Origin: Azolla caroliniana
Lineage: Eukaryota > Plantae > Polypodiophyta
Length of the DNA stretch: 64,000 nucleotides
Assembly: GCA_043228905.1 (NCBI GenBank)
Contig: JBHGNT010000001.1
Span: forward strand, 28,334,001-28,398,000
Direction of reading: 5' to 3'
The notes beneath the pieces were generated by a model. That model did no database searches and was not told where the DNA came from. It was given only the letters and a program-made list of their open reading frames with translations. The translations under genes were made by a program, and so were the position numbers. Positions 1 to 10,870 of the stretch are shown here, piece by piece. The stretch's first letter is position 1, and each line of letters opens with the position of its first letter.

Positions 1-1192
1 CCATAAATCTTACGTGCATATCTTCACAAGGTCAAAACCACCATTACAGGGCACCAAAGATGCTTGCTTTGTCCCACCCCACCTTCCATATATTGATCAC
101 CGATGATGGATATTTCAATGAACAGAAGGTTATTCTTGAGACATTCAAGCGATCCATCTAGTTTTAGGAAGTTGGCACATTCATGATACCCTGCATTCAT
201 AAGAGGAAAAAATGATAAACAAATGTCCGCTCTTATTCTTTCAATGAGTTGAGATAAAAGCATTACACTACGAACCAAGTGTTCATTACAAAATAATCTA
301 GCATGGTAAAATTTTAATAACCTCACAAAGTGTAAACCTGTCAACGAAGTTGATCCACTGTTAGCGATTATGAATGTTTCACTAATTGTGGTGCCATAGT
401 TGTAACAAAGGATAGGAAAGCAAACTTTGTAGGAAACCATTTAGCGATGTTATAATATATTTGACATATAGTCTGGCCAATAAACAAGCCAGAATCTATC
501 ACCACAACCTTCTTAATAGCAATAAAATTGACAAAACAGAACGGCATGTATTGAATACTTATAGCCCAAAGGAGAGACTTTAGTCAAGGTTATTTTTGTA
601 AGTACAGGGATTACTAGTGTAATCTTTCATACCATAAGTTCTAAAAAAATTGCAAATTTGTCTACCATATACCACCAAGATGAATCCTCACTCCCCAAGG
701 TTAATGGTGTTCCGAAACACTCTTTGCACCGCATTGACATTGTATGGTGTGCACATTGCGTTGCCAACAGCCTAAAGTTAATCAAACCCATTGATGTTCA
801 AATAGAGATCCATACAAGTAAAATGGAATGCAAGAACCGAGGGTTAAACCATAGATATTAGATAATCCTCCTAACGAATGTCGCTGAGGTTAGATTAAAA
901 TCCAAAATGGCTTCTTTGTCCTTCAGCGTCACCAGAGGACAAAAATCAATTGCCATTTCAATTGGCTTCTTGAGCAAAAGTCTTAAATATTCCTGTTGTA
1001 ATACATATATATTTGTACAAGGAATAGAATAGAAACTTTTGGAATACTAAGATATCATTTCTTGTTAGAAATGCAAGCTGCAAATGCAACAAGTAGGAGT
1101 GAAAGGGTGTTGATTTAGCACAAATGATGGATTGTTCTTACAATTGATGGAATCACCAAGTCCTAAGTCTTGATGTGCCATGGAAATCTTTC

Positions 1193-3244
1193 TTACAATA
1201 GTTTCTGATTGATGTGTTCTAGCTCACTTGTAAACCTTGATGCTCCATTTTGCTTTCCTAAGGCTTCAACTTTATCAGCTTCATCTCGCATACCTACCAT
1301 AGCATATATATTACTCATGCACACGTATATACCTGCACATCTCCCATCCAACTTTATTGCATTCTCAAATGCCCACCTACCTAGTGATACATTCACCCAT
1401 TTTCGGCAAGAACCTAGGAAGGACACTAGCATTTCGAGACGATCTGAAGGAGATACCTTTTCAATAGTTTCCATGGCCCTTTCAAACTGGCCCGCCCTAC
1501 CGAAAAGATCAACCATACAACCATAGTGATCTAGAGTTGGAATGAGAGTATAAACCCTATCCATAGTATAAAAGTAAGCTTGGCCCTCTTCAACTAGCCC
1601 CGCATGACAACATGCACTAAGCAAGATCATAAATGTGACCATATTTGGCACAATTAAACCTTCTGCTAACATTTTGTCGAAACATGCGAACACCTCTTTA
1701 GCCTCACCACGTTGAGCATAACCAGTAATAAGTACATTCCAACAGATGATATCCCTTTCTAGAAGATTGTCGAATACCTGTTGAGCTTTTCTCATCATCC
1801 CACACTTAGCATACATGTCTATCAATGCTGTGCCAAGCATTAGATTGTTGTTCTCCAGTAGTCCTTGATTCTTGACTTGAGTATGTAATTTTTCTCCTAA
1901 CTCCATCGACCCTATACTTCCACAAGCTTTTATAATACAAGCAAAACTTATTGCATCTGGAGTGAGACCTTGCTTACGCATGCGCCGAAGGCAACTCAAC
2001 GCTTCCTCAAGAAGCCCTTCCTTTGCATAGCTAGAGATTAGTGTATTCCATGAGATGACATTATGTACGGAAAGTTCATTGAACACTTCTCGTGCTTTTT
2101 CTAGAGATCCACATTTTGCATACATATCAATTAAAGCAGTGCCAAGCACTGGATTCTTTCTTAATAATCCATGTTTCTGGACTTCAGCATGAACTTTTCT
2201 CCCCCTCTCGTCTGACCCCATATTGCCACAAGCTTTCAAGATGCAAGCAAAGGTAATCACATCAGGGGAGAGACCCTCAGCTATCATGTGGTCAAAACAC
2301 TTCATAGCTTCATCAGAGTGGCCATGTTGGGCATATCCAGAAATCAATGCATTCCATGAGGCCACATCATGCATTGGGAGTTCATCAAATACTTCCCGTG
2401 CTGTTTCAAGTTTACCACATTTGGCATACATGTCCACGAATGAGGTTCTAAGAATTATATTCCTTCTATATGGCGTCGTCTTCCTCATTGCACAATGAAT
2501 CTCTTCTCCTTTATTAGCTAACCCTACACTTCCACAAGCTTTAAGAATACAAGATAAAGTGACCACATCAGGAAGTAGACCTTCCTCTTGCATTTGTCTG
2601 AACAATTCTAGAGCGTCATTACCAAGCCCGCGTTGAGAATATCCAGATATCAATGCATTCCACAAGATCACGTCACGGATCAAATAAAGCTCATCGAACA
2701 TGGCTTTGGCTTTTCCAAGGTCACCACATTTGGCATACATATCAACCAATGCAGTGCCAAGCACAATATCTTTCCTTATCAAGTCTCCTTTGATTAACTT
2801 GGCATGTATTTCTACCCCATTAGGGATCGTTCCTATGGTTCCACAAGCTTTCAAGGCGCAAGCAAAGCTAATGGGGTCAGGTTCAAGCCCTTCTTCTTGC
2901 ATTCTTCTAAAACAATTGAGAGATTCTTGGGCATTGCCATATTGGGCATATCCACTGATCAAAGAGGTCCATGACACCACATCTCTGAACCCATGAATTT
3001 GGTCAAACACACTTTGAGCCTTGGAAAGAGCACCACATTTGCTGTACATGTTTACGAGAGCATTGTTTATGGATAGATCATTGTATAAGAGTCCTTGTTG
3101 AAGTAAATTAGCATGTATATTAATGCCTTTTTGTAGGTCTTTGGATCTTCCACATGACTTGAGGGACTTCAAAAGGGCGGGGAGCTCATGCAAAGAAATC
3201 CCCTCTACATCTCTGGACTCTGCATTTTTTGTTACTCTTGTTTT
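1193..3244 (-). CDS. PLS-class pentatricopeptide repeat protein with E1/E2 extension and no DYW domain; putative organellar RNA-editing specificity factor. Main exon only; the true start is probably on an upstream exon.
   Basis: Repeated P-L-S triplets (ALVDMYAKCG / DVVSWNALISGY / PDVITFACILKACG), then HYGCMVDLFGRAG and an E domain (LGSCRKWVN...GIYVCMSNIYA). The ORF-track start at 3193 is TTG. The frame stays open to a phase-0 acceptor TATCAG| before 3244. Confidence 0.93.
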   Translation of the reverse strand, partial: KTRVTKNAESRDVEGISLHELPALLKSLKSCGRSKDLQKGINIHANLLQQGLLYNDLSINNALVNMYSKCGALSKAQSVFDQIHGFRDVVSWTSLISGYAQYGNAQESLNCFRRMQEEGLEPDPISFACALKACGTIGTIPNGVEIHAKLIKGDLIRKDIVLGTALVDMYAKCGDLGKAKAMFDELYLIRDVILWNALISGYSQRGLGNDALELFRQMQEEGLLPDVVTLSCILKACGSVGLANKGEEIHCAMRKTTPYRRNIILRTSFVDMYAKCGKLETAREVFDELPMHDVASWNALISGYAQHGHSDEAMKCFDHMIAEGLSPDVITFACILKACGNMGSDERGRKVHAEVQKHGLLRKNPVLGTALIDMYAKCGSLEKAREVFNELSVHNVISWNTLISSYAKEGLLEEALSCLRRMRKQGLTPDAISFACIIKACGSIGSMELGEKLHTQVKNQGLLENNNLMLGTALIDMYAKCGMMRKAQQVFDNLLERDIICWNVLITGYAQRGEAKEVFACFDKMLAEGLIVPNMVTFMILLSACCHAGLVEEGQAYFYTMDRVYTLIPTLDHYGCMVDLFGRAGQFERAMETIEKVSPSDRLEMLVSFLGSCRKWVNVSLGRWAFENAIKLDGRCAGIYVCMSNIYAMVGMRDEADKVEALGKQNGASRFTSELEHINQKLL

Positions 3245-3292
3245 CTGATATAAAAAGAGAATGAATAAAAAATCTTCTCTAAAAATGAACCA

Positions 3293-3294
<2 letters not shown>

Positions 3295-3346
<52 letters not shown>
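3295..3346. repeat. (CT)n microsatellite
   Basis: Seen directly in the sequence. Confidence 0.95.
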
Positions 3347-3350
<4 letters not shown>

Positions 3351-4149
3351 TGGGTTTATGTTATTGGTACGCTATTAGACTACCAACAAAAGATTGTGGG
3401 ATTCAAATCCTTATACTTCCACACATGTTTGTTACATCATATGTAACATATCCTCATGGTTTCTACCTGAGCTTCAAAACCATAGGGAATCACCCCTTAT
3501 ATTAGCACACAGAATGCAACAGCGATCGTGTATCACTGACTTTTTCTATCGAACCAGACCTCCACCGACGACATGCAATGGAGTCACGATAGAGCAAGCA
3601 GATAAATGCAGGGGACAGAGAACAGAGAACAAGAGTACTGAGATACAAAGCACATGGGCCATAGCATCACCATATCATGGAGATCATTGCTCGCCATGTA
3701 CAATCTACATGAGGGCACCCAAATCCACTTGGTGAACTACATCTTAGTGTCAAGTTGTCAACGCATGAACCAAGCTCAGATACAAACATCCCCTCACTAC
3801 TACTACTCAAAGCCATAGATATTATTTGTGCACTGCATTGATCGTCAACCATCTCCAAAATCACTCCACCACATGCATTAAGGTTAAGTTCATGGATATT
3901 TAGGAAACTAAAGCTTTTATTTTCTTGTTTCAGTATGGATAACATAAATTCACCCCATGTTTGTCTGTCTCATAGGTCGATTTTGGCCCCTCGTAGATGT
4001 TAATAATACATCTTACGATCTCTCTTCTTCTATTTCGTTCGCTCTCATGAATCGGAAAATTCTGATTCCTCCAGCAATGAATTAAGCTCTCCCTCTCTCT
4101 ATCTGTGACAGATCCGTCTCGCTCTACCCTCATCTTCTTCTTCCAATAC

Positions 4150-4257
4150 CTTATAAGCCTTCATGGTGTCGGTTGTGGGAGCAGTGACATTGGTATCTGA
4201 ATGTTCCTTCTTGAGATTCTCCTTCCACAGGATCTCCATGCCTACTAGGCATGCCAT
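4150..4257 (-). CDS. Possible first coding exon of the minus-strand PPR gene (MACLVGMEILW...MKAYK)
   Basis: ATG at 4257, preceded by a TTGCAG acceptor ending at 4287. It ends at a phase-0 AAG|GTATT donor that matches the phase-0 acceptor at 3244. Inference only; the peptide does not look like a clear transit peptide. Confidence 0.35.
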
Positions 4258-4691
4258 TCCCTTGAGAAAAACAGAGTATCTATCCCCTGCAACCTCAAAA
4301 AGCAAAAATATATACATACATATTTCTATCCCCAAAACTTTCGTTTCTTTTTTATTTATCCATTTAAAAAAAGGAACTAATAATCAACCATTTTTACATA
4401 ACAGATTAGTGTACACTTTGATTAAATCGTTGCAAATTAATACGAATCCGTAATAATTACTCTGCATCTTCAAAAGAACATTTATTATAAAATCGAAAGA
4501 AACAAGACATTATTAAAAAAGAACCATTTTTTATTATTATACCGTAGGTGAAGAATGATTGGCACAAACGTGGAACAAAAAACATTGGATTTGTTTCACA
4601 TAAGGGGTTCAAATGATAGATCGGCATTTATTAATATAGAGAGGATAGTAAGTTTTCATCATAATTTTTTTGGAAATGTGGAAAAGGAGAA

Positions 4692-4764
4692 TTCCGTTGC
4701 CGGGACTTGAACCCGGGTCTCTCGGGTGAGAGCCGAGTATCCTAACCAACTAGACTACAACGGA
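4692..4764 (-). tRNA. trnE-CTC: tRNA-Glu, anticodon CTC
   Basis: Reverse complement is TCCGTTGTAGTCTAGTTGGTTAGGATACTCGGCTCTCACCCGAGAGACCCGGGTTCAAGTCCCGGCAACGGAA. It has a paired acceptor stem, anticodon stem CTCGG/CCGAG with a CTCTCAC loop, and a GGTTCAAGTCC T-arm. CAA lies immediately upstream and T4 a few nt downstream. Confidence 0.97.
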
Positions 4765-5831
4765 TTGTTACTTTTTCTTCTTTCTTAGTAATAATTAATT
4801 TTCTTTCTTCCTTTCGATCCATCGGTTGTTGTAAGTAGCATAATTAACTGGCACTTCAGTCAGTTTAAACTAGCAATTGCTTAGACTCCTCATCTTAATC
4901 CATTTCCGAGGTATAAGTTAAAAGACTCGGAAGAAAGAAGAAAGACAATTTCCAGCCCACGAGTGCCATTCTCAGGAATTATGGTAAACACGTGTGGCAA
5001 CGTTTTGTCTTTCTGGTGTTGCCCTTTCTTAGAGAGTAAGGATGTGCTCACATATTGATATGTGTACGTATATGATCCAGAGCTCTTGCAGGTTTCCAGG
5101 TAAGAAATTCGACACAGCATGTATTATAGATCTCTGAGCTTTAGTACTATTCTACACTTGTTTTGGCTACATGAATATGGCTCCTTTGGGGAAGGGAAAG
5201 GGAAAACGATAAAAACGTTTTTGTTCAGGTTTTGTTTAACTTTCTAGAGTCAAGAGACATTGGAATTTGGGTTTGAGACTTAGGATCTATGGTGTTGGGG
5301 TTTTAAACTTCGTTATACCTTTTTAGCTTCATGACTGTGCCTCTGCCTCTGCCTATGAGTAGAAGCAATAGTATGTTCAGCACATGGACAGCTCTTCGTA
5401 AGCAAGGGAGAGAGCATATAAATGATGTTTTCATGGCAACGAATGTCGTTTTGTTTCCAAACGATAAAATTGTGCCAAGATTATGGATCAACCATGATAT
5501 CACAAACACATAGTGAGCCCTTTCTTGGGAAGAGTAACGATACAAAATTTTGGGTCGCTGGTAATGTTTCTTTTTCCAGTTTTTTGAGAATTTATACAAA
5601 GTTTAATGATCTTTTGGATTGCCGGGGTAGTATTGTACCTTCTTGGTTTTTAGAAATGGTCTAAGATGAACAATAATGGTGCTTAAGGAGATTCTTCTAC
5701 TAGAGGAAAAGCATAAAAATGCACATTGCATGAGTAATTTGCTTTCTTAGGTTATCTGAAAACTTATCCAAAGCTTAAGGATCTTTTGGATTACTGATGA
5801 GTATCATAAGTTTTGCTCCCTTGAATGCTCC

Positions 5832-7652
5832 ATGAGGAGCAACAATGGTCACATCACCACATGGAAATCCCTTTCTCGAAAGAGAAGGCATACAAATGCA
5901 CATCGAGGTGAATGTTTCGCACTTGTGGGGTTTTTGAAAACTTGTGCCAAGCTTAAGGATATTCATAAAGGCATCAAATTGCATGATGATATTCGGAACA
6001 GGGACTTGCTTCACAAGAGCTCTTTATATCTCTCAAATACTTTAATCGATATGTATGTAAAGTGTGGCATGCCTTCCAAAGCACAACAAGTTCATGAAGA
6101 GCTTCGTGTTCGGAATATAGTCACATGGAATGTACTGATCACAGGCTATGCCCAACAATCACAAGGTCATGAAGCATTGACTTGTTTTGAACGAATGCAA
6201 AGTGAGGGCCTTTTGCCAGATGTGGTCACTTTTACTTGCATTTTGAATGCGTGTGGAACCACACTAGCGATAGGTAAAGGCAAACAACTACATAACGAGA
6301 TTGTTTGTACTGGCTTGTTGGGCAAAGATATTGTGCTTGGAAATGCCCTGCTGGATATGTATGTCAAATGTAAGGACCTTTCAAAAGCCACGCAAGTGCT
6401 CCATGAGCTTCCTGTTCGAAATGTAGTCTCTTGGAATTCACTCCTCACAGGCTATGTTCAACAAGGCCAGGGCCACAAAGCATTGGATTGGTTTGAGCGA
6501 ATGCGAGGTGAAGGATTCTCTCCAGATGGAGTTACATTCATTTGCATCTTGAAGGCTTGTAGCTGCATGTATGATATTAGTAAGGGCAAAGAGATTCATA
6601 ATTGGATTATTGTTAGTGGTTGGTTGGAGAAAGATATCATGGTCGGTAATTGTTTGGTGGATATGTATGTGAAATGTGGTGTGCTTCCAGATGCACAACA
6701 AGTGCTTGAAGAGCTTCCTCGTAGAAACGAAGTATCATGGTCCACCCTAATTGCAGGATACATCAAGCAAGCACAATGCAATGAAGCATTGAGTTGTTTC
6801 GAAAAGATGCGAAGAGAGGGTCTTTCCCCAGATGCAGTCACTTTCACTCATGCCTTGACGGCGTGTGGAAACACTGGGTCTATTGACAAGGGCAGAGAAA
6901 TTCACGAAGAGATTGTTGATAAAGGATTTCTGAAAGGAAATTATGTGTTGGGCAGTGCATTGGTGAACATGTATGCAAAATGTGGCATTCTTGTGAAAGC
7001 GCAACAGGTCCTCGAAGAGCTTCCAGCCAGAAATGAAGTCTCTTGGTCCACACTTATTGTAGGGTATGGTGAACAAGGACGAGGTCATGAAGCACTGAAG
7101 TGTTTCGATCGAATGCTAAGCGAGGGTCTCACACCAGATGCTGTAAGTTTCCTATGTCTTCTCAATGCATGTGGTAATTCAGGACTCTTGGACGAGGCCC
7201 AATCATATTTCACAAATATGAGCAACAAATATGGGATTGTACCAAGCTTAGATCACCATACTTGCATGGTTATGGTTCTTGGTCGTGCAGGTCACTTTGA
7301 CAAGGCAATGTCAGTGATTAAGACAATGCCATGCTCTGATCATCCTCCAGTTTGGCTTGCAATGTTGGGTTCTTGTAGAAAATGGGGAAATGTTGAGGTT
7401 GGAAGGTTGGCATTTGATGAGGTCATAAGGCTAGATAGCAGTTGCGGAGGAGCTTATGTCCTTATGGCTGATATTTATACAGCTGCTGGCATGCAAGAAG
7501 ATGCAAGAAAAATGGAAGCCATGAGACCGAGGAAATCAGCTCAGAAGAAAGCAAGGACCAGTGTATGGGTTGATACAAGAGGTAATGTTCATTCTTCTGC
7601 TGTAGTGGATAAGCCACATCCTCTATTTGATCATATATATACGAAGATTTAA
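5832..7652 (+). CDS. PLS-class PPR protein with E1/E2 and a partial E+ region, truncated before the DYW domain
   Basis: 606-aa ATG-started ORF with PLS triplets, HHTCMVMVLGRAG, an E domain (LGSCRKWGNVEVG...AYVLMADIY) and a PG-box/E+-like tail (KKARTSVWVD..GNVH...HP...IYTKI). A candidate 5'-UTR intron runs ~5100-5750 (CAG|GTAAGA ... TTCTTAG|). Confidence 0.95.
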   Translation: MRSNNGHITTWKSLSRKRRHTNAHRGECFALVGFLKTCAKLKDIHKGIKLHDDIRNRDLLHKSSLYLSNTLIDMYVKCGMPSKAQQVHEELRVRNIVTWNVLITGYAQQSQGHEALTCFERMQSEGLLPDVVTFTCILNACGTTLAIGKGKQLHNEIVCTGLLGKDIVLGNALLDMYVKCKDLSKATQVLHELPVRNVVSWNSLLTGYVQQGQGHKALDWFERMRGEGFSPDGVTFICILKACSCMYDISKGKEIHNWIIVSGWLEKDIMVGNCLVDMYVKCGVLPDAQQVLEELPRRNEVSWSTLIAGYIKQAQCNEALSCFEKMRREGLSPDAVTFTHALTACGNTGSIDKGREIHEEIVDKGFLKGNYVLGSALVNMYAKCGILVKAQQVLEELPARNEVSWSTLIVGYGEQGRGHEALKCFDRMLSEGLTPDAVSFLCLLNACGNSGLLDEAQSYFTNMSNKYGIVPSLDHHTCMVMVLGRAGHFDKAMSVIKTMPCSDHPPVWLAMLGSCRKWGNVEVGRLAFDEVIRLDSSCGGAYVLMADIYTAAGMQEDARKMEAMRPRKSAQKKARTSVWVDTRGNVHSSAVVDKPHPLFDHIYTKI

Positions 7653-7885
7653 GATATTCCTCTCAAATGCACAAGCATGTATGGGATATACAAAAACATT
7701 CAGACAATGAAAGGGATGCACACAATGAGAGCATGGTGTGAAATGTGCCTTTATTTAAGCCCTCAAAAGAAGGTGAAACCATATACATTTGTCCAAATAA
7801 CTTTGAGAAGAGGAAGAGTACAGTTAGTGATATGGGTGAACTTCACATTTTTTAACATAGAAAATGTACATATGCTCACTTCTAG
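7653..7885 (+). pseudogene. Decayed DYW deaminase domain remnant downstream of the PPR stop codon
   Basis: After a 1-nt frameshift the sequence reads SDNERDAHNE...EGETIYI...EKRKSTVSDMGELHIF*HRKCTYAHF*. This is collinear with the DYW consensus (EKE..L..HSE...G..I.I.KN...R.I.VRD..RFHHF..G.CSC.DYW). The CxxC segment is missing. Confidence 0.7.
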
Positions 7886-10489
7886 CATGGGATGCATTTT
7901 GAGCATTTACCTGTTATGATGCATTCATTCATCTTCATTGATTGATTTCTATGTTTTTGCTCCTCAACAATATCAAGATGAAGGAATATCAAAATGCGAA
8001 ATTTCAGGAGCTTGAGTTTCAAACATCCACATAATAAGCTAGTTTTGGGTTTCACAGTTTAGCACACCAAGTAAAATTATGTCAAAAGTACTACATAATT
8101 GGCTTCAATGATGATAATTTCGAGTCGGGAGTGGAATGGAATCTCAATATTTATTGATGCCTATATTAGAGCCTTAAAAAACGAGACGTTTGTGGGAGGA
8201 ATTTGATTCCCACAAAATTTGGTATTATGAAGAAGAAAAGTTCCCTAGAAAGTTCAAGATTGAGCAAGTCAAGAAGCGATTAATAGCACACATTAATTTC
8301 AGTCCTATTCAAGATCTTCATAACAACCTAGTAAAATCCAGTTATATTCGACAACTTCATAAGAATCAGGGAAATTTCAGTTATATCCATAATTTTATAG
8401 CAACTTCGCAACAGCTTCTATCAAACCCAGAATGCTGCAGAAGAAATTCTCACAAATTGCCCCATTTTCAACACAAGTAACTGCAGCAAACATGAGGACC
8501 TTGAACTGCATAACACCGACCAATAGATAACAGTGAAAAATGAAAGCAACAACAAAGGATAGAAGGAAGCCAAGATGGAGTCTTTTCAAAATGTGTAAAT
8601 TATTGCCAATATCCTCAAATTGACACTTGCACACATCCAGTAAAATCCCAAATTCAGGCACATACACATCCAACTGTGTGTTGGGATCAACCCATTCCCA
8701 GGTACCTAACCTAAGTGAAAGGCAACAGATAGAGAAATAATGCTCATTGTAGACACACTTCTGAAGATAGTTAGCAAGGTAGAATGCTCTTCTTGGGTAT
8801 CCATTGACTTGCCGTTTGCAATGTCTACAATAAGTTTGGAGAATATGCTCAGAAATTTACCTACAAATAGGGAATTTTATATTGGTTACTTTAAAAATCG
8901 TGAAAATCAAGTTTATAGAAATCTATGGAGACTTAAGATGGGATAAAGTTAATTAAATTATTTAATTTTAAACAAAATTCAACAAGGGCCAAAAACAAAT
9001 TTGATGTAGATACTAAGATTTAGGCATTGTACATATAAGATCTTGGAATGATTCAAACCCATCTTAATGCTCAATTGATTAACATGCTAAAACTTTGGTA
9101 GGCTTTAATTGGTAGAATTCCAATCCAATGTAGTGATATTTAGGTGAATATTTGACACTCATACATTAGAATTTTCACTCATTCCTTTGGAACCAATAAG
9201 TCATTACCATCTTAGCCATGCATTGTTTTTCCTAACTTGGGGCTTAATGTTATGTTGATTCATCATGTAATCCCATTCCACTTTTTTAGCACTCAAACCG
9301 TTTTTAATAACTTCACTCATCCCATGGCCACTAATAGTGCTTCTGAACCTAGGCTAAGAGGGATGTGGCTTGAACATTCAAGTCATTTTGGAAACCAATC
9401 GATGATGAATGAATTTAAGAGGTTTGGAGAGGATATGTCAATTAAACAATTCATCTAGAATGATTATGTTGCAAATTCAACATGCCTTTCGTCACTACTA
9501 GAATGTTAACAACTTGGAATTGGATGTTGGTGTGCATGTGTGTATGCCTCTTGAGCCGCATGGGACAATTGTGTGAATTATTACTCCTAAAAAATCCCAT
9601 CAATTATTATAATGTATGCACACTCGTTTCAAATCTAGAACAAGTACATGGATGATGATGATGTATCCTCCTCCTATGGAAGCTAGTGTGACAACAATAC
9701 AACTAGGAGCACTTTAGGAGTTGGAGCAGAAAATACTTTAATGTGATAGAATAAACCTCACATGTATCAAAGGGGATCTCCCTGCAACTTGTTTGTGAGT
9801 TATTCACAATTGTCCGTCTATGATGGAAATAGAACCAGGTAGAGTCTTATTAAGATGGAGTATGTTTCCCTCTCTAATTGCTAGGAGTTTCAATATATGT
9901 TGGATTTTTGTATTTTTTATTTCCAAAACAAAATATCCTTCCATTAGTTTTAAAAAACCTATCAAGTACAAACTACAAAAGAGATGAAAAAGAAGAGGAA
10001 AAAGGACTATTCCAATGACTAGCCATGGATCCTACTGCCTACTTTCATCATACCAGAAAATGACATCATAATAATTAGACACCTTACACAGGCCTTCAAG
10101 GATAGAGTTGTATAGCATCTTCAATATTGTTGGATTTCCTAGATCATGTAAAAGATTTCCACTGTAACAAACGTATTTACCTCTAAAATAAATGGAATTA
10201 GACGAGCATGATAGTGCAATGGTGAGGTCCACGTACTAGTGTCTTAATGTTGTGGCTTCATTTCCCATGCTATGTGATTGATTGTATAAGCCAAATATGA
10301 TTCAATGTGTTCAATTATATATGACTAATGAGGTCCATCAAATGTGTTTGATTATATATTTATTTCCATTGCCTTAACAATGCTAATTAATATATGTTGT
10401 GACTATTTGTTCTTAATGTATAAGTAGTATTTATGTATAATTTCTAAAATATATTTTTGTGAATTTAGAACATGGCATTGCTTACGTCA

Positions 10490-10870
10490 AATGCAAAGGA
10501 GATCTTCTTGTCTTTGGTAATATGAATGCACATACAAGAACTTAGCAACATGACATATAATAGTCCTTCATACTGCACACGTCAAGGATGGAAGAGGGCA
10601 AACACATGTAGAGTCAAGTTTCAATGGATGAAGAAGAGTTGGATTGATAAGGAAACCCAAATCTAAACATGTGCAATTGCATTAGAATTCTAGTTACAAA
10701 TGTGTGTCTATATGGAATGGCATTAACAACTTTATGTGTACAAAAAAACACAATGGAAATAGTGTGGTTGGAACTTGGCTCTACATTATTTTCATAGGGC
10801 ATCTTAGATTGGATACACTATCTTTCAATGGGTGAAAACATCTAGAACCTTGTAAAGTATCCTAGATTGC
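10490..10870 (+). mobile_element. Degenerate LINE endonuclease fragment
   Basis: Translates as DLLVFGNMNAHT, resembling the GDFNA(R/H) motif of APE endonucleases, followed by a GSVV-like segment. Many stops. Confidence 0.45.

Noticed and set aside
1-1000. Possible L1 relics here and at ~11800-12500, ~19250-19900 and ~41600-42800
   Set aside because: Only faint motif resemblance. Too degenerate to assign class or boundaries without a search.
1209-7088. Short antisense ORFs overlapping the PPR genes
   Set aside because: Shadow frames of the coding strand.
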